From an uncultured Nitrososphaerales archaeon (GTDB taxonomy: Archaea > Thermoproteota > Nitrososphaeria > Nitrososphaerales > Nitrososphaeraceae), in assembly GCA_963841565.1 (NCBI GenBank), contig CAWJCY010000008.1:1-64000 (forward strand): a DNA stretch of 64,000 nt, in the 5' to 3' direction. The translations under genes were made by a program, and so were the position numbers. Shown in pieces: positions 11,264-22,383 of this stretch. The notes beneath the pieces are model-generated. The model ran no database searches, was not told the origin of the DNA, and saw only the letters and a list, made by a program, of their open reading frames with translations. How positions within the stretch are numbered: position 1 is the stretch's first letter; each line of letters opens with the position of its first letter.

Positions 11264-11425
11264 CTCTAAATATATGCTATTTATCTCATTTGATGATTCT
11301 CGATCCAGAGAATAACAAATTAAATTTTGGTACTTAATGTCTCTTCGTTGGATATCACAATTAATAGATGAAAAATATACTGATATCTCATTCTATGGAC
11401 AGAAAATCGGCATAGGTAATATATA

Positions 11426-11453
11426 TTAGTTTAGACTAATTAGACTGGGCTAA
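11426..11453. promoter_or_regulatory. Two tandem DtxR/IdeR-like operators
   Basis: TTAGTTTAGACTAA followed directly by TTAGACTGGGCTAA, just after an AATATATA box. Confidence 0.5.
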
Positions 11454-11990
11454 TATCAAAGAAGTGGAGAATAGATGATGACTGTGAAATGTCTGGATAA
11501 CATGCAATTGGCATCTGTATATTTGTATGTTTACAGTCACCTTTGGAACATTCGAAATCTAACCTACAATCCTACTCGGCAACAATACTGGCGTATCCCG
11601 CTCTAGCTTCTTGATATTATACTGACCAAATCCTTGCCGGGTAGGATATTATTATCCTATACATGATAGCAGTTCAGGAAATATAGCAGAGGCAATGATC
11701 TTATGTATCTTCACAATTGCTAGAACCTGAATTCCTTGGATTGACATGTACTTTTCAATTGAGGACCAGATCATGAATCGAAGGAAAGATAAAAGTTTCG
11801 ACAGGGAAGTCGATTTTTCAAAGGTTGTTTCCATCCCTAGTTTCCGACTTCAATCGAAAGTCACAATCATCATCTGTTGGGGAGGAAGGGATAAGCAGAT
11901 CATATTCAACTCAACTCTACTATCAGACTGCTCCGAGTCAGAAAAATACACCGGTAATGCGTATCGACATTAAAAGTATGAATGAATGTG

Positions 11991-12278
11991 TTAGGATGGA
12001 CAACCTTCCATTTGTTGAATATAATACCCTTTGGCTGTAATCTCTTTTTCTATCCTTTCTGGAGCTTCTTGAATATGGCAGAATTGACACTCTTCCTGTG
12101 TCATCCTTTGGCCGCTCTTCCCAACGCTGTCTAAATACTTCTTTCCATATTCTATCGCTTTTTCTTGAGGAGTATCAGCCTGTACTATTACATCAAAATG
12201 CATTACTCGTTTATCCTTTTTTGTAACATATGTATCATAAACAGCGCATTGCATTATAGTAGTTTCTTGCCATATCAA
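11991..12278 (-). CDS. DUF2024 family protein
   Basis: VYDTYV.KKD..MHFDVIV...YGK.YL...CQFCH. Confidence 0.85.
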   Translation of the reverse strand: MIWQETTIMQCAVYDTYVTKKDKRVMHFDVIVQADTPQEKAIEYGKKYLDSVGKSGQRMTQEECQFCHIQEAPERIEKEITAKGYYIQQMEGCPS

Positions 12279-12692
12279 TATTTATTCCGTATTATCATTC
12301 TCATCACAGAAAATATCCCTCTGATCTGATAGATATATCACCTACACTTTCCACGAGCTTTTTTGACTAGATTCCAACATGTAGCAGGATTTAACAGAGC
12401 AATTCCTTCCATAATTATCTCGGTTTTAGGCAAAGGATCCAGATGCGAATATAGTTTTAGATGAATTGTGTGACATTGGTTGTTTTATCATTTCCCAAAC
12501 TACAATACTTGTTTATCCATAGAGAATCCTGGTTAAGTACCACTAGAAATATGGCGTAATTTGCAAACCACACCACACAACATCAGACGTATCTCATCAT
12601 CATAATTATTTTTAGATTGCTAGAACGGTACCTCAATTTACTAGATGATCCTATGCTTTGTATTTAAGGTTGAAAATATCTGAATTGATAAT

Positions 12693-13678
12693 TTATTGTA
12701 CTTGTTGAGTACCGTTTTTTAGAAACGACAGCGTTTTGTTCCATGCATCTGCGGTTTGATCAGGAGCATAACTGTCCCTTGATGGGTTGGCAAACGCGTG
12801 CCCTACTCCTTTGTAAACATATATCTCGTTAGGAATTCCAATGGAATCTAGTGCCGCTTTAAAATTGGTCACATTCTCAACCGAGATTGAATCATCTTGG
12901 TCGCCAAAGATTCCCAGTACCGGCCACTTTATCTTAGAGAGTTCAACCGGGTCAGAAACTAACCTTCCGTAATAAATTACAGTTGAAGACAACGGATATT
13001 TCGGTTCTGTGTTTAACGCTAGTTGCAGAGACTGCTGACCACCGAAACACCACCCTAGTGATGATATCTGAGATGGATTAACATTCTCTAAGGAGGCAAG
13101 ATATCTGACAGCAGCACGGAGATTTGCGATGGCCTCAGTCGGATTCTCCCTCACTGCACCTGATAATAGACCAGCATCTTCCTGACTTGTAGCAACTTGA
13201 CCGTTGAACAAGTCCACAGCAAGAACAACGTATCCTTCCTTTGCTAGAGTATCAGCCATCATCTTAATATGTTCATTTAAACCTCGATTCTCATGAATCA
13301 TAACTACCGCTGGAAATTTGTTACCGACTAACGATGAAATGATGATGATGATGATGTAGTTGTTGTTGTTGTTGGTGAATCAGTATTATTTGATTTTATC
13401 AGTGTAGCGTCAAAGGATTTAGGAAAAACAAGGTATCCCGATGTATTGCCATAATATTTAACCGTTTCATTTTCCAAAGACTGTGTACTGTTTTCTTGAA
13501 TGATGTCACCACTTGTAGAATTTGCCGAAATCCCAATTGCATTTGATGAATCAGTGTCATTCGAGGAAATCATTGATGCGTTAGTTTCTTGTGCAAATGC
13601 AGTACCCGTATAGTGAATTTGTGTCAATAGTACATATAAAACAAATGATATCATTAGCCACATCCGAAATATTTTCAA
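12693..13678 (-). pseudogene. Secreted dienelactone hydrolase, split by a frameshift at ~13338 (may be an assembly error)
   Basis: PAVVMIHE, GWCFGG (nucleophile Cys) and GHAFANP motifs; upstream ORF 13328-13678 supplies the signal peptide and GYLV.P. Confidence 0.85.
13339..13373. repeat. Compound trinucleotide microsatellite (ATG)n(GTT)n
   Basis: ATGATGATGATGATGATGTAGTTGTTGTTGTTGTT; encodes the Thr/Ser linker next to the frameshift. Confidence 0.85.
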
Positions 13679-13958
13679 CTTATTTTCTCACCCGATAATA
13701 CACCGTATTCTATTTGAATGATGCGGTATTATGCAACACTTTATCTATCACGTATGTATACGGAATCCCTCAATCTTTTGCTTGTTCCAGTGAACTTTAA
13801 CAAAGAACTTTCCCATCTTGCGCCACAGCTGAGAATAATAATTATGAGATACAGGAGCAACGTTCGTATCTAGTTTGCCAATTGATATAAATAAGAAATA
13901 AACTTAATTTAGATCGAAAAAACATTTAGAAGTGTTATAACCGAGCCTTAGCTAGTAG

Positions 13959-14443
13959 TCACTCTAACTTTGCTTTAATTCGTCTTAGCAGTAGTTCTGT
14001 AGTTATTGGCTTCTTAATGAAACAACCTATACTTTTAAGTGGATGCACTTCTCTTGCTGCGTCCATATTTATTTCTCCAGAGGTCATAAAACAAACCCTG
14101 ACATTGAGGTCTTTCTGCAATAATTTCTGTGCTAATTGAAAACAGTCCATTAAAGGCATGTTTACATCAATTAGTAATAAGTCGTAGAATTAGGTCTAAA
14201 TCCTAATAAAGCAGTTACTGGATTATCATAACTGTATACCTGCATAGTTGGATCACTTTCTAGTCCAATCCTTAAGGTAAACACAATATCAGAGTTATCA
14301 TCAACCACTAGAATCCTCTTGTAGTGTTGGGGATCCTGAGATAATAATGATGAAGATGATTTTCTTTGATTTGGTTTTAACTTCCCAGTATGGTTGGTAC
14401 CTTTCTTGGGCTCAAAACTATCATTAGGATGAATTTTATTCAC
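13959..14443 (-). pseudogene. Response regulator receiver protein, 1-nt frameshift at ~14189
   Basis: ILVVDD; adding one T gives FRPNFYDLLLIDVNMP...VCFMTS...IKKP. Confidence 0.85.
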
Positions 14444-14779
14444 GTAGTTCTAACATCCACTAGTTATATTCAATGTGAAATATCAAGCAATAAAAAATTT
14501 TATGATGTTTTTTAGTAGATGATATGATATTTCCATCTGTCAAAATTAGAGGAAGAATATTTTTTACATGTACTAGGACATCATTGCAAATCCAAGTCTC
14601 TCATTAATTTTAACAATTAATCTAACTGTTCTGGACCGGCCTTCTGGGGTGGATGCAAATAAGATGAATCTTTCAGATTATTTAGATCGGCTCCATCAAA
14701 TATTTGATAGTGATAACGGTAGTAGTACCTTGGTGGTAAAGGTCCCACTTCATTATCCATCGCTATCGATTCTAAGTCC

Positions 14780-15692
14780 TGAAGTGAACCGAAATTCATC
14801 AGGAAGAGTAATGCCCCACTAATAGGATCTCGGGTATACATGCTAAACAAAGAAACTATTCAAAAATTTATTTGCTATACGCCTAAGGGAGAAGATCTAT
14901 TAAAAAATTATGACATTGGCGATCGTAACAGAAGAACAAGTACCTTTTACAGTAAACATAGAAAAGCTTCTGCATTATCACGTAGGCGTATTTGCATTCA
15001 CAGGATCTGGGGAAGGGTAATCTTACTTTACTTGTATTAAGGAAATCAGTTAATTCACTTCCAGATATGAAATTTGTAATATTTGACGTATCTTCAGAAT
15101 ACGGCATTAATATTCTCGATCTACTTAAATCTATTCCAAGTCGAGTCATATTTACAGATGAACTAAGAGGAAAGGATATCACTGAAAAAGCTAAAGACTA
15201 TTTGAGGAGACATGTAATTCCGGAGACATTAGAAGATGTGAATGATACGTTTCTTGCGTCAATTGAGAAAACGATCAAACAGGATAAGATAAAGAAAATC
15301 TTTATACAGTCAGAATCAGAACAAGGACTTCAGGGGATAACTAGTTACGGTGGTCTGTTGGGAACACTAGGGGATCTCGCAGGTGAAAAATATGGCGCTC
15401 TGCTCAGAAAATCTTGATTCCGACCATTGCGGGAATGATAAGGAAGTTCATGGTTGACAATAATATTGAAGATGAATCAACAGCAATTGGAAAGGAGATA
15501 ATGCCTTTGATAGAGTTAGTAGAAAAGTTGTTAGCCTCAGCCAAGCTACGACAAGATGCGGCCTTAATATCTATATTCAATAATCTGAAACTCGTACTAG
15601 ATAATCCTGCTCAGGGAGATTTTGGTGACTATAATTCAACAAGACTAGTTAGAGAAATTATGGATGGTAGAACGTTCTACTATTTCAATTGA
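14780..15692 (+). pseudogene. HerA/DUF87-like ATPase remnant, multiple frameshifts, 3'-truncated
   Basis: Frame-joined HYHVGVFAFTGSG/KGNLT Walker A; VIFDVSSEYG; PLIGSRVY; ends at the repeat element. Confidence 0.7.
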
Positions 15693-15897
15693 ACGTTCTG
15701 AACGAACACCTATTTTGGGGCAATAAGGTGGGGGTTTTATGAAACCGTGTGTACAGTAGGCGTTCAATAAAACGTTCTGAATGTTTGAATGTCTTTGAGC
15801 GTGAAGTCTTATTGAACGATTTGTAAACCTGTTAACAGTTAACGGTGTCTGTTAACACTCGGAGTAGATGTTAACGAATCTGTAAACGGGCGTTTAC
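15686..15897 (+). repeat. TGAACG/GTWWAC composite non-coding element, copy A
   Basis: Multiple TGAACG/CGTTCA motifs, then GTWWAC at 15823, 15831, 15838, 15851, 15870, 15882 and 15892; collinear with the reverse complement of 53099-53299. Confidence 0.75.
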
Positions 15898-16256
15898 GGC
15901 CTATTCTCGAACTCTTCTATCAGATATTGATAAGTCTCATCATTGTATTGGTCTAGTTCATCCATAAGCATGAAGTTCGTATGATTAAACACATCACCGA
16001 AAGCTAGCAGTCTTCTACCTTTCTTACTATCTCTATCTCGTTGGTAATATTGTTCTTTAAATGACTTCTTTGATACAAGACCACGCCACATCTTATATTC
16101 TAATTCTGATAGTATGTATCCAGTGACTTTATGGTATTCTTCAAGATGTCTCTGTTTGTATGTGTGATGAACTACTTTACCGCATAGTTGACAGCCATGA
16201 AACTCTGCACCATAATAGTTAGCTGCTCGACCTTCTTTGTCATATTCTACTTCTTC
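15894..16256 (-). pseudogene. 5'-truncated C2H2 zinc-finger protein fragment
   Basis: Open frame upstream of track ORF 15894-16091 reads CQLCGKVVHHTYKQRHLEEYH; no start codon before the motif. Confidence 0.55.
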
Positions 16257-16830
16257 TTAACACGGTACTTCCGCTTATGCTTGAGGTCCTAACTATTAGA
16301 TCTTCAATTTCTTTTCTTGTCACCATTTTCTTTCTATTACTACTGATCTCCAAGAATATTTCGTTAATAATGGGAAATTGTAGTAATTGCCTACAGACAA
16401 AATTAGATCTAGTCTCGCCACTTAGCTTTACAAGTTTTTCTCCTTTATCCGTTAGCCTATATCTGTGGCCTTCTGTAGTCTCTACTAAGCCCAACAACTC
16501 AGCAGCTTGACGGTAATATGAGCTCTGTCGATTGACAAAACCTAACACAACTTTTATGCTCTCAGCGTTGTCATACCCTTCAAGAACACGAATAGAGAAT
16601 TCTATTATTTTATTCACATCATCAACTTGAGGTATCTCAACTTTCCTTAGGCTGTTATCTTCAGGAATCCCCTTGAAGTTATCAGCTGATATTGTCTTTG
16701 AAAATAAAATTCTATAATGTGCCCCACTTATGAGTTTGATGGATTCAAGCGTATCATGGGGACTAAATTCATACTCCCAAAAAGAGTATATTTTTTCTCC
16801 TGGTTCTAAACAGAAAAGAATAAGAGACAT
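16240..16830 (-). pseudogene. Fragment of restriction-endonuclease-associated protein (DUF6997/DUF7226-like)
   Basis: YSFWEYEF, EIPQ.D, RQSSYY..AAELLGL, LT.KG and ST..RR motifs; truncated at both ends. Confidence 0.6.
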
Positions 16831-17095
16831 GATGTATGGATACGAATACGAAAGAAAGGTTTTATTCCCAATATGGGAACGCGAACATTTAGAATCCAAG
16901 AACGCTAGCATTTACAAAGAGACAAGAGAACGATTTAAGGAAATAGGTTTAGAACTGCTTAAGGATCCTGTAGAGACAGAGGATAGAATACGAAATCACA
17001 TTATAAAAAATCCTGATAACTTCTATCCTAAACTATCACCGGATTATGAGTTTATCAAGTCCACACGAATAAGTAAATGTTACAAGTTGATGTGA
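16829..17095 (+). pseudogene. Unidentified gene fragment
   Basis: Protein-like charged stretch MMYGYEYERKVLFPIWERE... abutting the previous fragment head-to-head. Confidence 0.3.
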
Positions 17096-17186
17096 TATCG
17101 CTGCATTGGGGAGATAATGCTGCATTGTGTCTTTCTATTGCTGCGCACATAAAGTTTTTAATGTTTGCATTAATGTATTTTGAATA

Positions 17187-17832
17187 ATGTCCGATAGGCA
17201 AGACGGTTCGAAAGATAAACAATATTCGAGAATTTATGAAACTTGCAGGAGCGGGAACGTTGTTTCTTGGGCTGGGTGCTTTTGGTATATCGAACCTTTC
17301 TAAGAATATTAGAGAAGTGTCAGCAACAGCGGAAGCAGCACCGTCTAGTAATAACACTAACACTACGCGTAGTGACATGGGTATTCAGGGTTCCATGATT
17401 GCTCACATCGTCCGGTTCACCCTCAAGCCGAACACCCCCAAGGATCAAGTCGATCGCGCGTTTGAACAATTGCGCAAACAGGGTCGAGAGATCAAGGCAG
17501 TCCAGTTATTCGTTGTCGGGCGAGACTTCGGAGGAGAGTTCGATTATGGTGCCATGTATATAATGAAGGACCTCGAGGGCTACCGGGAATACATGATGTC
17601 TCCAATCCATCGTAAGAGCGACGAGATCGGATTGCCCGTCGTAGATAAGTTTATCTCGATGGATATTACCGATGACAAGGATCCGGCCATCGGAGATAAG
17701 ATTACGGAAATTCACCGCAACAGATTTGCGCACGATCCGGCCCTCGCTAAACTCGTCGAAAACCTTGGCTATGCTGGAGAAGTAAGAAATATAATGAATC
17801 AATTAAAAGCTGTAGGAGTCTCTATTCCATGA
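17187..17832 (+). CDS. Dabb (stress-responsive A/B barrel) protein with damaged Tat-like leader
   Basis: MIAHIVRFTLKP...FVVGRDFGG...Y..Y...P.H; leader MSDRQ...YSR/EFMKLAGAG frameshifted at ~17230. Confidence 0.75.
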
Positions 17833-17920
17833 TTTCCCCTGCTCGTATTCCCTAAAAGAACCCCTTCAATCATTTCAGATATTGTATTATAATCCTAATT
17901 TACATACATAGGCTATTTCC

Positions 17921-18592
17921 ATGATCATAAAGGAAATTAAAAATTTAACTCATGCTGAATTTGAAGAACTTCGTAACATATATGTTTCAACTTTCCCATT
18001 GGAAAATGCCAAACAGCTTGATACATATATCAATCATATCCATGATATGCTCAGAAATGATAATAGATATCATCTATATGCCGCTCTAGAAAAGAGATCT
18101 ATGATAGGTATCTCTTTGTTATATATTTTCGAAAATTTAAAAATGGCGTTACTTGACTATATGGCAGTTACTCCAAATTTTCAGCGGCGTGGTATAGGCA
18201 GAAAGCTATTTGAATTCACAAGTAATGAGTTTAATCGCTGTATTTCAGATAACATGGGAATATTGTTAGAAGTACCGAAAGAAAACGTATCTGATCCAAA
18301 TGAATGGTTAAAGAGGAAGAAAAGAATTCAGTACCTTAATCTTGGAGTGAAAGTATTGAAAGGTGTTAATTATTTACTTCCAATACAGGTAGACGGAGAT
18401 GTAGAAGAGATGCATCTAATGATCAAACTTTCAAAGAATGTAACTTCGATATCAAGAAAGAGTATAACTCATTTCATTAATTCTGTATATACAGATGTTT
18501 ATGACTATAGAAAGACTGATTTGCTTCGAAGGACTATCACTAACTTGCCCGATGTCATTGACATCCAGGAACTGAAAGTACGGGATTTATAA
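17921..18592 (+). CDS. GNAT N-acetyltransferase
   Basis: LDYMAV.P.FQRRGIG acetyl-CoA-binding motif. Confidence 0.85.
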   Translation: MIIKEIKNLTHAEFEELRNIYVSTFPLENAKQLDTYINHIHDMLRNDNRYHLYAALEKRSMIGISLLYIFENLKMALLDYMAVTPNFQRRGIGRKLFEFTSNEFNRCISDNMGILLEVPKENVSDPNEWLKRKKRIQYLNLGVKVLKGVNYLLPIQVDGDVEEMHLMIKLSKNVTSISRKSITHFINSVYTDVYDYRKTDLLRRTITNLPDVIDIQELKVRDL

Positions 18593-19211
18593 AAACAACA
18601 TTTGCTAGTCTTTGGTCAGTTTTCATATGTATACGTTGTCCGTAACCAAGTGCTTACACGAAATTGGCTACAAGGTAGATTTTGCTATATGTATGAAGCA
18701 TATTGGGATCTTGGAAATATATCTAACAATAAACTTTTGTTAAAAGCGTTTCCTTAATTTTATCGAGTGGTATACATCCTTGAATTTCCATAATAAGACT
18801 ACCGACCGATATCTGCAGGGCAGACGACGTAATTGAGGCATAACAACACTATTACAGTCTTTGTTTAAAGCGCCACCTCAAAAGTGACTACGTAACAAGA
18901 GTAAACGTATTAAAATATCGCTACCCGATATTCAGTCAAACTGCTATTTCATTGACAAGTAATACGGTGTATCATACAATATTCTATTTGAATGATACGG
19001 TCATTAACTAGGTGGATACTTCGCCATTAGATTCTTGTTCAGACTGAAGTTATTGAAAAACAGACTAAACTTAGATGCAATATTATAAAATCGAATTTGT
19101 TCCGAGATAATCTATACGAGTTACGGGACTGCCAAATCTTGCTCCTTTTCTTATCTCTATTGCTAGAATTCTAATCTCATCTGAAACCGCTCTAGTTTAA
19201 AATAATAAATA

Positions 19212-19490
19212 ATGCTTAGGACGTATATACTAAAAGTGAATGATATGTCTGAAGGGATAGCAAGAGACCGTGACATAGAATTAGAAAACATCATCGGAAA
19301 CTTGATGATCGCTGAGTATCAAGTCGATAAACTTCAATCTAGATTGAGTGAGAGGGTAGGGGGTTTAGGATCAGGGAGCAACAAGAAATCGTCTTCATTT
19401 GTGTTTAAGAAAAATGATAAATGGTATAGGGTCACCCTATCTGTTGAGGAGATGACCAACATCAGTATCACTGATGATGAAATGGCATAA
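19212..19490 (+). CDS. Hypothetical protein (start probably ~19245)
   Basis: Protein-like ORF; AT-rich TATA-like upstream region. Confidence 0.55.
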   Translation: MLRTYILKVNDMSEGIARDRDIELENIIGNLMIAEYQVDKLQSRLSERVGGLGSGSNKKSSSFVFKKNDKWYRVTLSVEEMTNISITDDEMA

Positions 19491-19609
19491 ATTAATAATT
19501 TCACATATACGCCAATTCGTAGAGGACATGATGATGTAAATTAGTAAATCATTTTACCGTAACACATTTAAAATAGTTAAATAACTTAACTAGTTCGTGT
19601 CGCTGTTTC

Positions 19610-20335
19610 CTAGACTAATATTCTAGTCCCTATTTTGGTATCGGATTCAATAACTTTGATAATGTTGGTGACGCTGGCTCGTAATATCACCGTAGGGATT
19701 CTTGAACGTTCTATGATCTTTAAAGCGACCATATCCATCAGATCATACTTTCCTGCCATTGAGCTATTCTTACCTAATACCTCTATGCATTTATCAACGG
19801 TGACCCTTTTAAACACCTTTGCGTGGCGGTTGATATTTGGATCAGAATCGTAAATGCCATTGACATCTGTCGCGTTCACAAATATCTGAGCTTTAACCTT
19901 TTCAGCGACCAGTGCAGAAGTTGCATTAGTACTCTGACCCGGATGCAATCCTCCTAAAATCACCGGTTCTCCTGTCTCAGCTGCAATTGAGACTTCTTCG
20001 AGATTTGTGGGTACCTTTGGGTATACACAGCTACGTATTGAATGGAGCAGCAACTTGGCGTTAAGTCTTGAAACTTCTATGCCCAATAAATCCAGACTTG
20101 CTTCGTCACTTCCAAGTTCTCGTGCAAGATCAATATAATGCCGAGCAATATTCCCTCCTCCTGCAATAACTACCGGTTGTACATGCTTATTCAATTCAGT
20201 TATCATCATTCCATATTCCTTAATCGATTTCGACCTTGCGCTACTACTAAAAATGCTACCACTAAGTTTAATGACCACCTTTTTTTTCCTGGACAGTTTA
20301 CTCATTGTACCTCTGACTCTTTGTTGATCCTTCAA
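19610..20335 (-). CDS. pyrH: UMP kinase
   Basis: VIKLSGS, GGGNIAR, GGLHPGQSTNA and TDVNGIYD.DP motifs; overlaps the upstream gene by 4 nt. Confidence 0.95.
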   Translation of the reverse strand: MKDQQRVRGTMSKLSRKKKVVIKLSGSIFSSSARSKSIKEYGMMITELNKHVQPVVIAGGGNIARHYIDLARELGSDEASLDLLGIEVSRLNAKLLLHSIRSCVYPKVPTNLEEVSIAAETGEPVILGGLHPGQSTNATSALVAEKVKAQIFVNATDVNGIYDSDPNINRHAKVFKRVTVDKCIEVLGKNSSMAGKYDLMDMVALKIIERSRIPTVILRASVTNIIKVIESDTKIGTRILV

Positions 20336-21567
20336 CTCGGGTCTCCGAGCACCTTATCGATAATAGAAGTCACTGCATTTCTACTCTCAGCAGTTGTGTA
20401 TATCCTCAACATATCTAGAAATCCTGTGATTGAACTGATGACAGGAATTTCTGAGATAGGTGTATCGTATGCCCATTCCTTGTCTACTAGAAGAACGGAA
20501 TTAATTTCTTCTTTTGAGGGAGTAAGTGGCATTGAAGGCGCTCTGGATGCGTCCACGAAAACAGTATTCTCATGAACTCCTGCAACATCGCATATACGCA
20601 GTCTTAACTCTTCAAGTGTTGAGATGCTCATCTTGTTGTACAACCTGTCACGCTTATGTAAAAATTTTTCATAGACACATTTTAGTAACTTTCTAGCTCG
20701 GTAGTCCCTGGCTAACTTTGCTACATTTTCATCCTTATCTATTGAACAAATTTGTTCAAGAGTAACCTCATCGGTTAGGTTAAGGAATTTATCAAGTGAA
20801 ATCTTTGTGATATGTAAGTAATTATCTGCTTGTGCTAACGAATGGAGTAACATTACTTCAGCTGATCTAACTGTCTTGTGGAAATAGACTGCTTTGAACA
20901 TTTCGTATCTGGATATGAGCATTGATTCAAACGAATATAGTGCAGATTTATTAATCGCCAAATGTCCTGTTGCCACCACTTCAAAAGAGGCTATTAGCCT
21001 ATGGTAGTCAATCTTACCGTATTCTGCCCCAGTAAATAGACTATCCCTGGGCAAGTAATCCATGATATCTGCGGATAGACCGCCTGCAATTATTTCATTT
21101 AAGAAACTTGATTTAGACTCACCAAATGATAACCTACATATGTCTGAAGGATTAAACCCGTGACCTCTTAAAACGTCTCCAATTTCACTTTCGAGTATCA
21201 CTTTTTTTCCCATATCCTCATGTGTCATACTGCACTTACTCTCCAATACTTCTTCAAAGAGATGAGAAAACGGTCCATGACCAACATCGTGTAGTAGAGC
21301 AGCTAACCTCAATTGTTGTATACTGTCTTCGTTATCGATGAAACCCTTCCTCAGAAGGCTCTCTCCAGCGTACCCCGCAACGTGCATTGTCCCTAACGAA
21401 TGTTCAAATCGGGAGTGCTGTGCACTGGGATAGACAAGGTGAGCTCCGGCAAGCTGTCTAATCCTTCGCAACCTCTGGAATACAGAAGTATCTATAAGAT
21501 CTCGCTCGACTGCACTGAAGCTGATATATCTATGAACTGGGTCAGTTATTTCGCCAATAAACTTCAT
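20332..21567 (-). CDS. HD-domain phosphohydrolase (dNTP triphosphohydrolase/SAMHD1-like)
   Basis: DPVH, FQRLRRIRQL, HSRFEHSLG, LHDVGHGPFSH, D.MDYL.RD and VYFHKTVR motifs. Confidence 0.92.
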   Translation of the reverse strand: MKFIGEITDPVHRYISFSAVERDLIDTSVFQRLRRIRQLAGAHLVYPSAQHSRFEHSLGTMHVAGYAGESLLRKGFIDNEDSIQQLRLAALLHDVGHGPFSHLFEEVLESKCSMTHEDMGKKVILESEIGDVLRGHGFNPSDICRLSFGESKSSFLNEIIAGGLSADIMDYLPRDSLFTGAEYGKIDYHRLIASFEVVATGHLAINKSALYSFESMLISRYEMFKAVYFHKTVRSAEVMLLHSLAQADNYLHITKISLDKFLNLTDEVTLEQICSIDKDENVAKLARDYRARKLLKCVYEKFLHKRDRLYNKMSISTLEELRLRICDVAGVHENTVFVDASRAPSMPLTPSKEEINSVLLVDKEWAYDTPISEIPVISSITGFLDMLRIYTTAESRNAVTSIIDKVLGDPS

Positions 21568-21681
21568 GGAGCGTACCTCCTAATCGGGTATTGCTCTTTA
21601 ATAGATTATCTGCAAGATCTGTCGTCTCGCGATAACAGCTAAAATGATAATTTACTATTTTGTTTGGGTTCTTTTTGAGAC

Positions 21682-22143
21682 TTACACTTTAGTCATTCTT
21701 GTAACTTCTTTCAGCAGATCGTAGTTGTCAATCGGCTTTTTGAGAATGGTGCATCCGGGGAATTTACGCAAGGCAAAATCAAATACCATCTCTCCCGCAG
21801 TTATAAAACATACTTTGACCTTGCTATCGATTTTTTGAAGCTTGTTGCACAATACCAGCCCATTCATCTTTGGCATCCTGATATCAAGCAGGAGAAGATC
21901 GTACAAACCTGGTTTGAAATTATCTAATGCTACGAATGGATCATTAAAAACATCTACTGAAAATTGATCCTCGAGGACAATCTTCAAAGTAACGTTCACA
22001 TCGTCTTCATCGTCTACAACCATTATTCTCTTTCTCATCTGATGGTCGCTGGTCATTGCTGTTACTTGATATCGCACGCCACCGCTGAAACCTTCCTCAT
22101 TACGTTGCCGCTGTGAGTACGAAAACGATGAAGTCGATGTCAT
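21682..22143 (-). CDS. Stand-alone response regulator receiver protein
   Basis: IMVVDDE, LLDIRMPKMNG, CFITA and KKP motifs. Confidence 0.88.
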   Translation of the reverse strand: MTSTSSFSYSQRQRNEEGFSGGVRYQVTAMTSDHQMRKRIMVVDDEDDVNVTLKIVLEDQFSVDVFNDPFVALDNFKPGLYDLLLLDIRMPKMNGLVLCNKLQKIDSKVKVCFITAGEMVFDFALRKFPGCTILKKPIDNYDLLKEVTRMTKV

Positions 22144-22383
22144 TTCGGGGGTAGGTACCAGTTAATAATCATTGTAATAGATAAGTATTACCTGCAAATT
22201 GGAATTGAACAGCAGTACTGCCTGACAATTTTACCATATTGGTTTAAAGCAGAAGCATTTACAGGTTCTTTTAATTTCGCGAATTGGCTTAATTAATCGT
22301 CTAAAGTCTTTTCATAATAAGGTAGCTTATGACATTCTTGAGCATCACCAACTCAATAAGGGACCGCTAGTCGTTAGAGCATA

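Noticed and set aside
15686-15897. Possible CRISPR array (also 53099-53299)
   Set aside because: Motifs are only 6-7 bp with irregular spacing; no 24-48 bp repeats and no cas genes
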